Shown here piece by piece: positions 11,955 through 29,889 of a stretch of 64,000 bases of DNA. Source of the stretch: Chrysomallon squamiferum (Eukaryota; Animalia; Mollusca); the NCBI GenBank assembly GCA_012295275.1, contig CM022673.1:4030001-4094000 (forward strand). The letters are read 5' to 3'. The translations under genes were made by a program, and so were the position numbers. The stretch's first letter is position 1; the number at the start of each line of letters is the position of its first letter. A model generated the notes under the pieces. It was given only the letters and a program-made list of their open reading frames with translations, searched no databases and was not told the DNA's origin.

Positions 11955-14900
11955 AACAACAATCACAATCCCCTGAAAAAAAAGAAGAAAACCTAGTAAA
12001 ATAAAAAAAATAAATAAATAAAAAAACCAAACAAGAGAGTATTAACAACATAAAAATTTACCTCTCCTTACTAACATACTGATGTAGCAACCTGGAGGAA
12101 CTGGATGACCCTTCCAGTCCCTGCCACGTTCCGTAGGTGAGATCACTACATGGCTGAGTGTCACAGTTCTCTAAATTAAGTATTCCTTTTATTCCTACAC
12201 ACGTGCATGTGGGTTGCTGAACAGAGCCAGTCGTGGCTACAGTTTTATTCCCATCACCAGAGAAATGCTGCGCAGCTGATCAGGGTTAAGAAATACAAAC
12301 TTATAAAAATTATAAATTTTATTTTTGTATCTTGTACGTTTTATCAGGATCAAAGGTTGTATTTTTTCTGAGAATTAAAAGTGTTTGTGGTTATGTTTAA
12401 TTGAAAAGGATTATTATTTTGTTAAAATGTTGAATGTTAATTTTTATAGTTAAGTCCAAACAAATTACTTTTAAGATATTTTACAAGTAAAATTAAAGAT
12501 GGTGAAATGGAGTAACAAACAAGAAAATTGTAGTCACAGTTTTTTGTTTTTTTTAATTATTATTTTTTATTTTTGCATTTTGAATAATATTTGGTTATTA
12601 ACATGTAAATAAACCCTGTAACACATCAGTTGTGATAATGTACTCTCCATCTTACTGAATTACTAACATAATTATTCACAATATGTCCAATTATAAAATA
12701 GATCTTTTCTTCAGTTCTGGATTATTTAACAGAACAGGAAAATGGTAAATTTCATAGATGTCTGCAGATAAGTATTTCAAGGATCTCAATAAACAATAAA
12801 TAAATAAATAAATAAATGAAAAGATACATGCTAGCCATCGCCACAAACCCTGCAGATGAGGTCTATTTTCTACAACTTTCATGTTCTGGATAATGTCATC
12901 ATTCTGTAACAAACAAACAGAAATAATAACTACAACTACAAAGTCAAATAAATAAATAAATAAATTTAAAAAAAAATCATAACAATAATTTAAAAATTAA
13001 TGAATTCAAAATATAAATAAAAATAAATAAATAAACACATTTTAAAAAACCATAACAATAATTAAAAAATTAATGGATTAAAAATATTAATTTATAAATA
13101 ATTAAATAAATAAATAAATAAATAAATAATAGTTTCAACAAAATACTTTTTATATTTCTGATTCATTATATTTTGTTCTGATCATGGATGAAACTCAAAT
13201 TCAAGATAATCATTAACGGTATCAAATAATAGTACAAAAAAAAAAAAAAGTTATATTTTTCAGATTCAGTTTTTTGAAAGTGCCATAAATAAAGTTAAAT
13301 TCCTGTGAGCATTAAGATGTCTGGTGTTTTTTTATTTAAGAATTAAGTAATACACTCACAAAAAAGCCATATTTTCTCTGAACTCTGTCATACATTTCAA
13401 CTGAAATGTCATCAGTTTGATCATTTTTTATCAAACAAAGTTCTGTCAAAGATTTGTTATTTACTGTTCGAAGATGGAAAGATGGTGACCAAACCTGAAA
13501 ACAAAGAAACACAGTTGACAGAATCCTGTTTATTTTTTTACTTCATTTTTCAAGGCTTATTTTTATATACATTTCTTTTTTTGTAATCTGAAATAATGAT
13601 TGGAGTATGTTATATATTTTTGCTGTTTGTTTACACAGCCATACAAACCTTTAATAACATTCAAATAAGTATCTTTATATAATATCTGTAAAGATTTATG
13701 ACACATAAATTTAACTCAAAACTGTAGTGCAATATCTTTTTAACCTTCAAATAATTTTTGAAGTATGTTATATACAAATCTATATCTATATCTATATATA
13801 TATATGTTAAAAGAAAATAATCTTGTTTTTCTATAATTCACCTATAAATTCTTAACATTCAGTTTAAAACTATAGTGTAATATCTTTGTTACATATCATT
13901 TATAAATAATCACAGAAACAAAAATTAGCAATTTTACCATTGGAATTCTCTCATACATCTTGATGTCCTGGAGATCACCTGAAACTGCTACAGACAAAAG
14001 ACAATTTTCCTGAGTTGGATGCCAGCAAAATGACGACACAACAGATTGACGGAATGCTACAAAATAATAAAGTTTTAAATTTTGCATATTAATCACCACA
14101 GACTGAAAGAATGATATTGAATTCTATAAAATAATGTAATTTAAAAATTTGTTTTATTTATATATTTATCATCACAGACTGACAGAATACTACCAAATGC
14201 TACAAAATAATATAATATATAATTTATTATATACCAAAAATATTCAAAATAATGTAATTTAATATTTCTATATTAATCACCACACACTGACAGAATACTA
14301 CCTAATGCTGCAAAATAATTTATTATATTTATATTTTAATCATCACATATTGACAGAATGCTATCAGATGTTACAAAATAATTTTAGTTCACAATTTAGA
14401 AAATAATATTACCTTTTAAAAGCAAATCTTCTGATTTTAATGGTAATTAATACAAAGGAGCAGAACCAACAAACAGCCAACATTAATTTGTTAAATTAAT
14501 TTTGTAAAATGTAAATGATAAACATATGAACATTGAGAATAAAAATAAAAATTAATATGGATGATGATGGTAATAAATAATTTTTAACATATGGACATTT
14601 AAGATAAATATAAAAATAAAATTAAAATGAACATCATTGAGGATAATAAATTTAAAAAAAATATATCTATATATAAATAAAAATTAATACCAATGATGAT
14701 GATAATAAATAAAACATAAATCATTTTTAAAATGTATTAATCCAAACACTCACATAGAATATTTCTTTCAATAAGAACAGGTTCAGTGACATCAGAACCT
14801 GAAAAATAAAAACAATTTTAACATTCAGTCTGTCCTTGAATTAATTCAGGATTATAATTAACTTAAATAAAATTAAAAAACGTTCAGATCACAAGAAAAA

Positions 14901-17900
14901 AAATCTGGTATGTGACATTTATTTAAACATTTTTCAGGTTTTCAGTTTTTAATATCAAGCAGTGTAATTAAAGATTTCAAAAAAAAATTTTAGAATGCAA
15001 AAACAGTAAATATAATTTATTTAATTTCATTTATGACTTCATAAGAGTAAAACACTTCTAAATAAATGAAACATTTAAAGAATTAAGAAACAAAATATAA
15101 AAACCTACCAAAAACAGAATGTCTAATGTCATACATCTTAACAACATTACTGTCTTTGATCAATACAGATAACATTCCCTGTCTGAAAATAAATAAACAA
15201 AACCAAAAAACTTATAGTGCAAAATATTAAAGCGAAAATGCAATGATATGATCATAATTAAAACTTTCACTTTTTTGAAAGAATAAATATATATATTTTC
15301 CTTTAACTATTAATTTAATAGAAATACAAAAATAATTTTAAAAGTCTAGATTTTGTTTTTTTAACATTCTAATCCAAAAAAATGTATTGTAATAGTCATG
15401 CAGCATATATATTTAAAATAAAATAATAATAATGATAATAATTAATAAAAATTATACACAAAAAATATACAAACCTTGTAGGACACCAACTAATTTTTAG
15501 AACATTTTTGGCTTCCGGTAAAGTCAGAATCTGATTTAATTAAAGAAAAATCAACAGACTTAATTTCATTAACATCAGTTTTCTGTTCCTTTATAATAAT
15601 CTATTAAATCAAAAGAAATGTGATAATAATAGATTATCTTATTAAAAATTCCATTTAAAGGATACAGGTTTTTCAAAACTTCTAATGTCCCAAATTGCTA
15701 CTTGATTCTGCAAAAAAATATGGTCAAATAAATATTATATAAACAAAAATTAGTTTCAAATTCACAATCAAAAGAAATAAAATTATTTTCAAGACAAATA
15801 TATACATACATATACTGATGTGTAAACATACACAACTTGAGTATAATAATAATAATGCATATAATTATTAAAAATATATTAGTTCTTTACATTTTCCTCT
15901 CAAAAAAAGATGTACTTGGTTGTTGTTTTTTCTATAACAGATGTTTTTATCTATCACTGTAAATATTTTCTCAGCAATTATTATGATTACTATAAATAAT
16001 TTCTGTTAAATATATTTAGTAATCTATAATAGTAATTATTTACTTCTCCAAATGAAGCCAACATTCTGTCATTGTTCAGACTATCCACGCATACTCCATA
16101 CACACCTTTGTGATGACTTGTAAGATGTGGATTTGTTAACTCTGCAGATTAAATAAATAAACACATAAATAAATGATGATAATAATAATAATAAGAAGAA
16201 GAAGATAAAGAAGACGAAGAAGAAGAAGAAGAAGATATTTGATTAGATTAAAGAACTGAAAACTAAATGATTATTAATGTTCCAAATCACTTAATAGAAT
16301 TTGAAGAAATATATCCAAATATGTTCATTTTAATTTTGTTTTTCTTCTTCAAATTTGTAAAATAAATAAAATACAACAGCATGACATGACATGACAACAT
16401 AACATAAAATGAAACAAAACTAGATTATACTAATACACTGATCAAATAAATATAACCCCACCCGATGGAATTCTGAACAAGGTTATCAGTATGATTTAAT
16501 CTTGTATTTTTCACAACACCACATTCATTGTTATTTTACATCAGACAGATAACACTGCTTCTCTTAGATAGAAACATAACATAACACAGAACAAATATCT
16601 TTGTCACAAGTTTTTCATTGCTCATTGTAAATTAATTCTTACGAATGTTTATGTTAACAATTCCAAAGAATAAAATGTTTTTAAAAATATTACCTCTAAT
16701 GTCATAAACTTTGAGCTGCCTGTTATTCATTCCTGTCACCAAAGTTTTTCCATCACCAAACCAGCTGAATGAGGAACTGGTGTCACCTGTACCAAAACCT
16801 AAATACATAATTTATTTTAAAATGTTATATTTACTGTTGGAAACCATCTGGGTTTTTTCATTAGTTAAAAGAAAAATTTCAAATTCAAATATATTAAATG
16901 CAGTAGCAAAATAAAAACTGAGTAATAAAAATATATAAAAATGAAAGTTAATTAAATTTGTATTAACAAAGGTCCTAATTTAGAAATTTCAGGTAATGCT
17001 TATAATTATTTTTATTTTCCATTCTTGTGAGATCAAGAACAATAAAATCTCCTTTGCATAGTAAATAATGAAATTCAAAACATGAAATTAAGATTCCAAA
17101 GCTATAAAGATGGAGAAGAGCAGAATGGTATATGAATTTTAATCACAGGGAGAGAATAAATGCAAATGGATACCTATTTCATATGCAGGTCTGGTAATTG
17201 TTCCACCTTCACTTGTTGTGCTTGTTCTTGAAGTCAGAATGTCACTAGTGGAAGTTATGTCCCATATCATAACACATGGATCATTCCGGTACTTTTCATT
17301 AAAACCTTCAGCTAACTGTAAAAAAACATCAATGTTACAGCACTATGAGCAGTGTAATGGTTGCTGAAGATTGTATTTCAAATTACGTGTGAAATGGAAA
17401 ATGAAGTAGGTATTTACAAATCTGTTGTTGTTGTTTGGTTTTTTTTCAACTGCTTAGAATTAAAATTTGTTACACTAAAAGTAAATTGCACACAGAAAAC
17501 ACTATCCTCTGTTTTTCTATGCATTTTTTGTTATATCATGGTAACTGTAGTATTGCATGGATAACTGCCTTAAATAATTACTATTAATAGATTTATTTTT
17601 ATTCTGATCCTTAAGAAAACTTACATGTTGAGTTATTTCAAAAACAGTTATTGTAAAAACAATTATTTACAATATAAATCACAAACATATCTTCAGTTAT
17701 GTTTTGCCAAAAAATGAGAGAAAATCTACCAAAAACCAACAAAATCACCCCCAGTTTTCTTACATAAACTAAAAATAAAATATTAATAAAAATAAAATGT
17801 TGTATTACTTATAATGATTATATTAAATAAATAAAACTTGTCTTACCAAATTTGTTTCTACTGGATTCCAACAAAGGTAGCTGCACTGTCTGGAATGTTT

Positions 17901-19899
17901 TACATTATGCACTACAAATAAAAAATTAAAAACACTATAACAACATTAAACAATGAACAATGAATGTAATTAAAGAAAAGGTAATACAAATGTAACCCTT
18001 TGTACCCACCAGGCTTGTTTTGGCAAACAATTGCAGTTTTTGGAGTATTTTTTGATTGTAAGAAAGTGACAACTGAGCAGGCATTATGAATGATAAAGTC
18101 AGATTCTGAGGATGAGAATGAAGCATCGGAATATGGAAAAATGGTGGTTTTGAAAGCGAAGAGTGTGACGATGATGTTGTCAATGATACAAATAATAATA
18201 ACATGAATCCAACTGAAGTTGTAAATGAAAATGACAGTGATTCTGTGATAATCACGTCCCAGATGGTGATTTTTTACAACCAGTGGCCATTCAGTTTTGG
18301 AGGTAGAAGTGAAAAATGCAATAACAACATGGAATAGATACTGTATTTGTTTATTTATCATAAATGACAACAAAGTACTGGCAAATGAATGCAAATAACT
18401 CACAACTTATTTTCTTGCAAATTTTTGCTGGGAGCTCAGGGTGGAGATCATATAATGATGGGGTCATAAGGTTCAAAGGATTAAGTACTTTTTTAGTGTT
18501 TTCTTTTAAAAACAATTAGCAGCGTAAAAGTAAACATTAGAGAGATCTTTTATCCATAAAAACAATTTATATCTGACCATGATCTCTAGTTGCTTATAAA
18601 TGAAGGCTTCGAATTAGAGCACAATTATTCATTATTCTAAAACATCTTAGATGCAGAAATATTTAAGTAAGATTTTCATTAAAGTAAAGTTTTCATTCAC
18701 TGCTACACCTTCTCCTGTACAAATAATGAAATAACAGACTTATTTCACAGAAGGGGTCAAATGACACTTACTAAATTCTTTTCCCATCAGTTCATTACCA
18801 GGACTGCATACATTGCCAAAACTAAAATACAAAAAAAAAAAAAAAAAAAATTCAATTAAAATTTAACAATTTAAAAAAATTCATAAAACATAATCATTAC
18901 AAAAACAATTTCTATACAATTCAAATCTTAGAAGACAAAATGTATTAGAGCTAAAAATGTCAAATGAAATACAAAAAAAAAATGTCAGACTAAAATCAGT
19001 TTTACTAAATCAAATTTTTTTTTACCTCTTTTTTTATATGGATAGATATAGGTATTCATTTAATATAACAAAGATTAGCAAAACTTAAAACATTAAATTT
19101 TGTTAATTATTATTCGATTTTTTGGGCAATTTGTTTTTGGAAAATGCTGAAACTTTACTTTTCCAAATAATTTTCTAAATTGCTAAAGTTTATTTCTCTT
19201 ACTGATCGATAACTTTACCTTGTTAGTACAACTCTTCCATTTGTCTGACCCACAGCCAGCAGATGTTTGGGTTCAAGTCTTGGACACCATGCCACGCACT
19301 AAAATAAATTAAATATTTAAATACAATTAAATAAACGAAAATTTGATATTATTATTATTATTATTATTATTGTTATTTTTTTTTTTTTTTTTTTTTAAAT
19401 ATTGTATTAATAATTAAAATAAAAAATTTACAGGACAAAAAATTGCCAAGCAGATTATGCAGAGAAAACTTTACCTTAACAAAATTAATGTCAGAATTTG
19501 TTGCGACATTCACAGCATATGACTCATCAGAGATTCTGAAGGCTGAAAAATGTAATTTAAAATAAATATTAAATAGATTTTTCACAATCATAGTTTAAAA
19601 AAAAAAAAATGAAATTTCATCATCAGAGTTTTTATCTGAAAATATATATATATGTGTAAAATAAACAAATTTCTAAATACAAACCTCACAAATTAAGATT
19701 AATTTAAAAGTTTTCCACAATTTAATACCACTTATAGATTATTCAGCCATTCTAAATGTTTTATTTTACCTTTTTTGCTCTGACTAGACTGTACTCCTGG
19801 CTGCTGAATCACCTGATACAGCTCAATGGTTGTCCCATATCTGATGAAATAGTGTTCATCTGTAGGTGACCACAGCACATCATATCTGCCACTGCTCAT
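5465..19899 (-). CDS. MIOS: GATOR2 complex protein MIOS (WD40 propeller, alpha-solenoid, C-terminal zinc finger/RING)
   Basis: 27 coding exons: 19770-19899, 19475-19542, 19219-19298, 18772-18821, 17847-17911, 17174-17315, 16694-16798, 16044-16141, 15666-15707, 15475-15530, 15109-15182, 14754-14798, 13938-14056, 13360-13494, 12828-12903, 12062-12275, 11446-11520, ~10807-10913, 9821-9990, 9485-9550, 9123-9195, 7873-8011, 7512-7553, 6846-7020, 6364-6466, 5948-6050, 5465-5531 (2619 nt, about 872 aa). Hallmark motifs: [114 protein letters not shown]. Confidence 0.96.
7001..7400. repeat. Degenerate tandem repeat (about 3 units) beginning at the MIOS exon 24 acceptor
   Basis: AATATAAGCC and AATTCCAGAAT each recur about three times. 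Sequence near 7088 (gaatatgaaacctgaccctaa) echoes the exon/acceptor junction gaataatatcaaacctggccctaa at 7001-7024. Confidence 0.6.
7996..8465. repeat. Minisatellite of about 8 units (51-66 bp) that duplicates the MIOS exon 22 acceptor and first 15 exon bases
   Basis: Units start at 7996, 8057, 8118, 8169, 8223, 8284, 8350 and 8416. Consensus is ccatcacttgt(ca/ta)(t/c)tccttgagt(g/c)aaaataaaacattacttaacattcctacagtaattta. Confidence 0.95.
8644..9074. mobile_element. Non-autonomous piggyBac-type MITE in a MIOS intron
   Basis: Left end TTAA|CCCTCAATTTCACAGACT; the right end reverse-complements to CCCTCAGTTTCATGGACC (14/18 match) and is followed by TCAA, a decayed TTAA. CCC termini with a TTAA target are the piggyBac signature. 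Confidence 0.7.
10030..10390. repeat. Degenerate ~60-bp minisatellite (about 6 units) in a MIOS intron
   Basis: Recurring caatttatatcacatttttaac...atttac.taaatacc.tttattaacttcatttaac. Confidence 0.8.
11832..11952. repeat. (AAAAT)n pentanucleotide repeat plus poly-A
   Basis: Directly visible. Confidence 0.9.
12276..12827 (-). other. U12-type GT-AG intron in MIOS (intron 15)
   Basis: Donor GTATCTTTT (12827-12819). Branch site TTTCTTAAC (12293-12285) lies about 10 nt from the AG, with no polypyrimidine tract in between. Flanking exons stay in frame (LWRWLA-S-AQHF). Confidence 0.85.
14041..14382. repeat. Degenerate tandem repeat that copies the MIOS exon 13 acceptor junction
   Basis: The junction acagattgacggaatgctacaaaataat (14041) is echoed at 14098, 14174, 14282 and 14345 (e.g. 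acagactgacagaatactaccaaatgctacaaaataat). Confidence 0.8.
15531..15665 (-). other. U12-type GT-AG intron in MIOS (intron 9, 135 nt)
   Basis: Perfect donor GTATCCTTT (15665-15657). Branch-like TTCTTTAAT lies about 10 nt before the AG (...tttttctttaattaaatcAG). Phase 0 between FEKP and ILTL. Confidence 0.85.
17996..18480 (+). mobile_element. Internally deleted piggyBac-like element retaining the acidic transposase N-terminus
   Basis: Left end GTAA|CCCTTTGTACCC; the right end reverse-complements to TCCTTTGAACCT (9/12 match) and is followed by TTAA (18481-18484). Broken plus-strand frames read KVTTEQAL*MIKSDSEDENEASE and, after a frameshift, GFESEECDDDVVNDT...ENDSDS. This resembles the acidic N-terminus of piggyBac transposases. 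Confidence 0.6.
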
Positions 19900-20514
19900 T
19901 TTCAATTACACTGTTATACTATTAACAAAACGAAAAAAATTAGAAAAACTTAACATCAAATGTAATTCACATACACACAAATAAACTTTTCATAATACAT
20001 TCACTATAGGCACTTTTATTCTACAGATTAATAAACACACAGGCACAGTATAAACCTTATCACTTATCATTTATTTAATTGCTTATAATATAATAATAAT
20101 TATAATCCCTTCAAAATATAAGGTATAGCTAAAGTTTGTATTACCAATTTATATCACTATCAGCATGATTATTGATCAGGTATTTTATTGTTTTCAAGCA
20201 ATAAAATAGCTAAAGGCAAATAAATTATTTTAAAAAAACGTTTTAAATATATATATATATATATATATGCTTTCCATAATACATACATACTGAATGGATG
20301 CGCCAATGACATTTTCGTTTTCTGACAGTGGCAAGTTACAACTACAAGTGTCACTCAGGTCAACTGGAGAACAAAATAATAATATGCATTAATAAATGTC
20401 TTTTCAGAATAAATTATCATTGAAAATAAAAATCCTACAAATACTTTCCACTATTAAAATTTATTTTTTACCCGACAATTCAGCAACTGTGTTATATAAG
20501 TATGATAAACATAC

Positions 20515-20967
20515 CTTTTTCCTCTTGTTTTCCTGTTTCATTAGAACGACTGATTTTCAGCGGTATGTTTTAAAATGCAATAGATGCGGTGATATATTTA
20601 GTAATCAGTTGATTAATTATTCGTAAATTCTAACATAAATCACAACTTCGGACCGGAACAACCAAAGAACTAAAATTAAAAATTTATTTAATTATTATGG
20701 AGATTGGTTACATTATTTTATTTAATATTATTATATCTAGTGTTTGTATGACAGAGTAGACAAATGATCTCTTCTAAGAAAAACATTAATGTGATAATTC
20801 AAGTATTGCAGTAAACTGAAAGTAACCGAGAAAAACCAATGTTCTGGTTCACATTCATAATGTCAAAAATGAATGTTTTTATTAGAAACGAATTAAATAA
20901 TGTTATGATAGCTACTATTTTTGTATTTTACTTGTCCATTTTTCATCGCTGACGCTTTGAAATTAAA
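20515..20967. promoter_or_regulatory. Putative bidirectional promoter shared by MIOS and CCDC89
   Basis: Minus-strand donor AAAG|GTATGT (exon end 20515) suggests a non-coding first MIOS exon. The CCDC89 ATG is at 20968. An ETS-type CCGGAA lies near 20654, with local CpG enrichment. Confidence 0.5.
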
Positions 20968-26488
<5,521 letters not shown>

Positions 26489-28416
26489 GAAGATTTATTT
26501 TACAAATAATAAAATTAATAAGTAGAATAGATTTCCATTAGCTCAGTCTTCACACTGCTGTAATACATAAAAAAGATTTATTTATTTATTTTAAATGTTA
26601 TAATATGAAAAAAAGCTAAATATATCATCGAGTTTATTTGATTTGCTGACCAGCTGAAGTAAGTAAAAATATTTTATTTAAATATGTTGATCGTTTAGTA
26701 CTATTTTATCTAGTCTGTATATACGTCCTTGAAAGTTAGTAAGGACATAAAAAAACATTTTATTTAAATATATTGATAGCTTCTTGTTGTTGTATCTAGT
26801 GTGTTGGTAATGTAGACACCTGTCAAAAGCAGAATAGGTTAACCAGATTTCATAAAACATGAACTAATATTTCTTTTGAATATGTTGTATGAAGTGATTT
26901 CAGTGTTATTTTATTACACTGTGATAGTAAGAGGTGTACAAAAACTTATTCTGGAAAAGAAGAGGTTTTCAGAAAATAGGATTCCATGACTGCAAAGCAT
27001 ATAACCCTGAAAAGAAAATAGTTTTTTCTTTTATATCATGCATTGGCTAAAAAACAATTCAAGGATGCACATTGCATTGGTATTATTACTATTAAAAAGT
27101 ATAAAACTGCCAAAATACCTATTTAATTCTATTTAAAATATTATTCTGTCTTCATAAGCTGTTACACCAGATTTTTCATAAGATAAATAATAGTTGTGGC
27201 AATTCTTGTTTGTTTCTGCCAGTTGAATGTCTTTATGTTGTTGTTTTTGAAAACATTTATAAAGCATGTGATTACTTCGTGCCATAAATAGCAGATTGTG
27301 ATATATTTATTTTTATTATTCCCACAGGCAAACAAATTTTGATTGTAGGTTTAAAACATTATTATTATAATGAATTCTGCTGAGCCAGGAGTTGTTAAAC
27401 AGATTTGGAAAAATTAAAACAAAAAGAAAAGCTCAACATACAGGTGTCTGCATAATGTGTACATGAGTGCTTGACAGAAAGTGTTTGTGTGCGTCCATGC
27501 ATACACTTGTAAGCACATTTACTTATAATCAAGTTAAATGAAAGTAAAATGTCATGTAGGAAATGAGAAATATTTATCAGAATTACTTATTGTTATAGTT
27601 TTATATTTTTTATCCATCACAATAAAAATATGTATTATAATTTGTTTTTTTGTTGTTAATCTATGAACATTTATTATTACAATCAAACTGGTTGTGTTAT
27701 ATCATTCACACTTTATTCAGTGAAATCCTAACACAAAAGGACATTATACACAAACAAAAAATAAAACACACACACACAAATACATTTTTAGTGCTACTCA
27801 GATAGCATGAAATGTGCTAAATAGTTAATGTGCACAATATACATCCTTCCATCAGGTAAGTCTTATATTTATGCTGCATAGTGTTATTTATGTAATTTCA
27901 TGCAATGCGTATGTTTATGGAGATAAAAATAAGAATATATTACAGGCTACACGTACATGTATTCTGTTAGAATTAACTGATGAGAATTTGTAATAATAAT
28001 GTATAGATATTATTAATTCTGATTACAAAAATATATAGTATTCAAAAAAATTTTAAATGTAAATTTAAAAAAATATATATTTAGTTCTTACTGTCACCTT
28101 TGTGTATACGTAAACGTATTCTATTTTTAATTTTTTTTTTTTTTTTTTTTAAATTTTTTTTATGTCACTGGAAACCCAGATTAACAGTTATTTATTGAAG
28201 ACTGAGATTAAATATAAGATTTACATCCAAAGTTTGGTTAAGAAATAAACGCTAAAATAATGAAAACAAACATAATGAATGCATTTCTGTAATATTATTA
28301 TACATTAAATTTATTAGTCAATATCGGTAAACAAAAATGGATAAACTCTTTTTTCCCATCAGTTTGCCAGTTAGTTTATTTCCAGATCCAGTTTGTGACA
28401 ATTTTTTTATGAAAAG

Positions 28417-28644
28417 TTGCGGCATGTGCTCTCCTGCATAAAAGGGCAAATAAATGTAAAAAGAATTATTGGGGGAAGGAGATTTATTCCTTTGTATAAC
28501 AGTATAACACTTCAACAATTAGCTACTGAAATGCTAGCATGGCATTTAAACATTGCAACCCTCAGTTTAGGAACTAACGACCTAACAAATGGAAACCGAC
28601 ACCAAAGTTTAACAATACTGTTATTATTTCCCAAAGTACAGTAG
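28417..28644 (+). pseudogene. Decayed SGNH/GDSL-esterase-like fragment, probably from a retrotransposon ORF
   Basis: The frame contains NIATLSLGTNDLTNG, resembling SGNH block III (hydrophobic strand + GxND). No block I GDS motif or splice structure was seen. Confidence 0.3.
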
Positions 28645-28683
28645 AACCACCATATCTGCAGGTTTAATATTAATCATCTTGAT

Positions 28684-28888
28684 CAAGCATGGGCAACCTT
28701 TTTCGAGAAGCGGGCCACATTTTCATTTACTTCCGGAACTGTTTTAATAAGAAAATATTACATGTGTTTTAGTATATTAGTAGATACAAAATAGACTCAT
28801 TTTATAAAATTTGAATTAACGTTATTTTCCTTGTGAAATTAGGCGGGCCACTCAGAAAGCTGCGCAGGCCGCAGTTTGCCCATGACTG
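28684..28888. mobile_element. hAT (Charlie-type) MITE, 205 bp
   Basis: Left terminus CAAGCATGGGCAACCT; the right terminus reverse-complements to CAGTCATGGGCAAACT. Internal GCGGGCCAC motifs. The 8-bp flanks ATCTTGAT and GTCTAGAT (6/8) fit the NTCTAGAN target preference of Charlie elements. Confidence 0.85.
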
Positions 28889-29889
28889 GTCTAGATCGAT
28901 CTGTGTTGCTTAAATTGTATTATGTCGTTCAATTTGCTAGAATGTTACGTACACTGATTTTAGCAGTTCTTCTCTGAGGTTTTAAGCAATGAACAAACAC
29001 ATTTAGTTTAGAATTACGTTATTTTAAATACGCCTACTGAGCATTCACTATTTTTTAACATTTGTGAGTGGTCCAGTAACCACAAAGATCTTCCAGACAA
29101 CTTGGCCAATGGATTTATAGACTATAAATTTTCGTTTAACGATTAATAATGCCAACGATAGATATAATGTGACACATTATATTATTTAAGTATGTTAATT
29201 ATGCATGTCGTATCACAGAATATCGTAGTGTCAGATGGGTTTATAGAAGCAGTATATTGTTACAATCATAATAATGTCAACGATAGACATAATGTAATAA
29301 ATTCCAAAATTTAGTTCACTGCCTTCAACTACAAACATGCGCCATTTCATCAAACCAAAACATTTGCTACGTACAAATACAAATACGAAAAAAGAAAAGA
29401 AAGTAAAACAAAGGAATACCTTTCCCAAGTTACATTGCTTTATAATTATTGGCATGCTCTACAGAAGAATAAGTATGGCAACAGATGCCAAGCAAAAGAA
29501 TTAGCAATTATTATGTCTTTATTATATAAAAATATACGCCTTCCAAATACTATGAAATAGAAGTTAAATGCAGGACTATTTCAATTTTCAGTACCAAGAA
29601 AAACGCTTTCATTTATTTCGCTAAAAATACATTAATTTAAAACCAAACAACAACACGCACACCAAGGGTTAAAAAACAACAACACACTTTCCAGTAAGAC
29701 ACAAGACTGTCCCGCCGTAGACTATTATCTCGGAACAGTGCCAATGCAGACCGAATTGTCTCCACTGACTTACAGATCAAACGACCACGATACAGCGGCC
29801 CGATTAAATAGTCTCGACAGTGAAATACTCGTTTATGACCTTAAAAGTGCATGCACTCGGCCTTAACCTTCCAACCTTCAGAAGTCAAC

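Noticed and set aside
17165-17173. MIOS intron 6 donor GTATCCAT resembles a U12 site
   Set aside because: It mismatches at +7 and has no TCCTTAAC-like branch site near the acceptor at 16800. Treated as U2 type, though a converted intron is possible.
17912-18403. 163-aa and 106-aa minus-strand ORFs inside MIOS intron 4
   Set aside because: They are antisense shadows of the piggyBac-like remnant, and MIOS splices cleanly across them.
29851-29889. Upstream in-frame ATG adding 13 aa to glycogen synthase
   Set aside because: Weak context compared with caacATGg at 29890, and the site-2-like RRRGS motif normally sits at the extreme N-terminus. Possible but unsupported.
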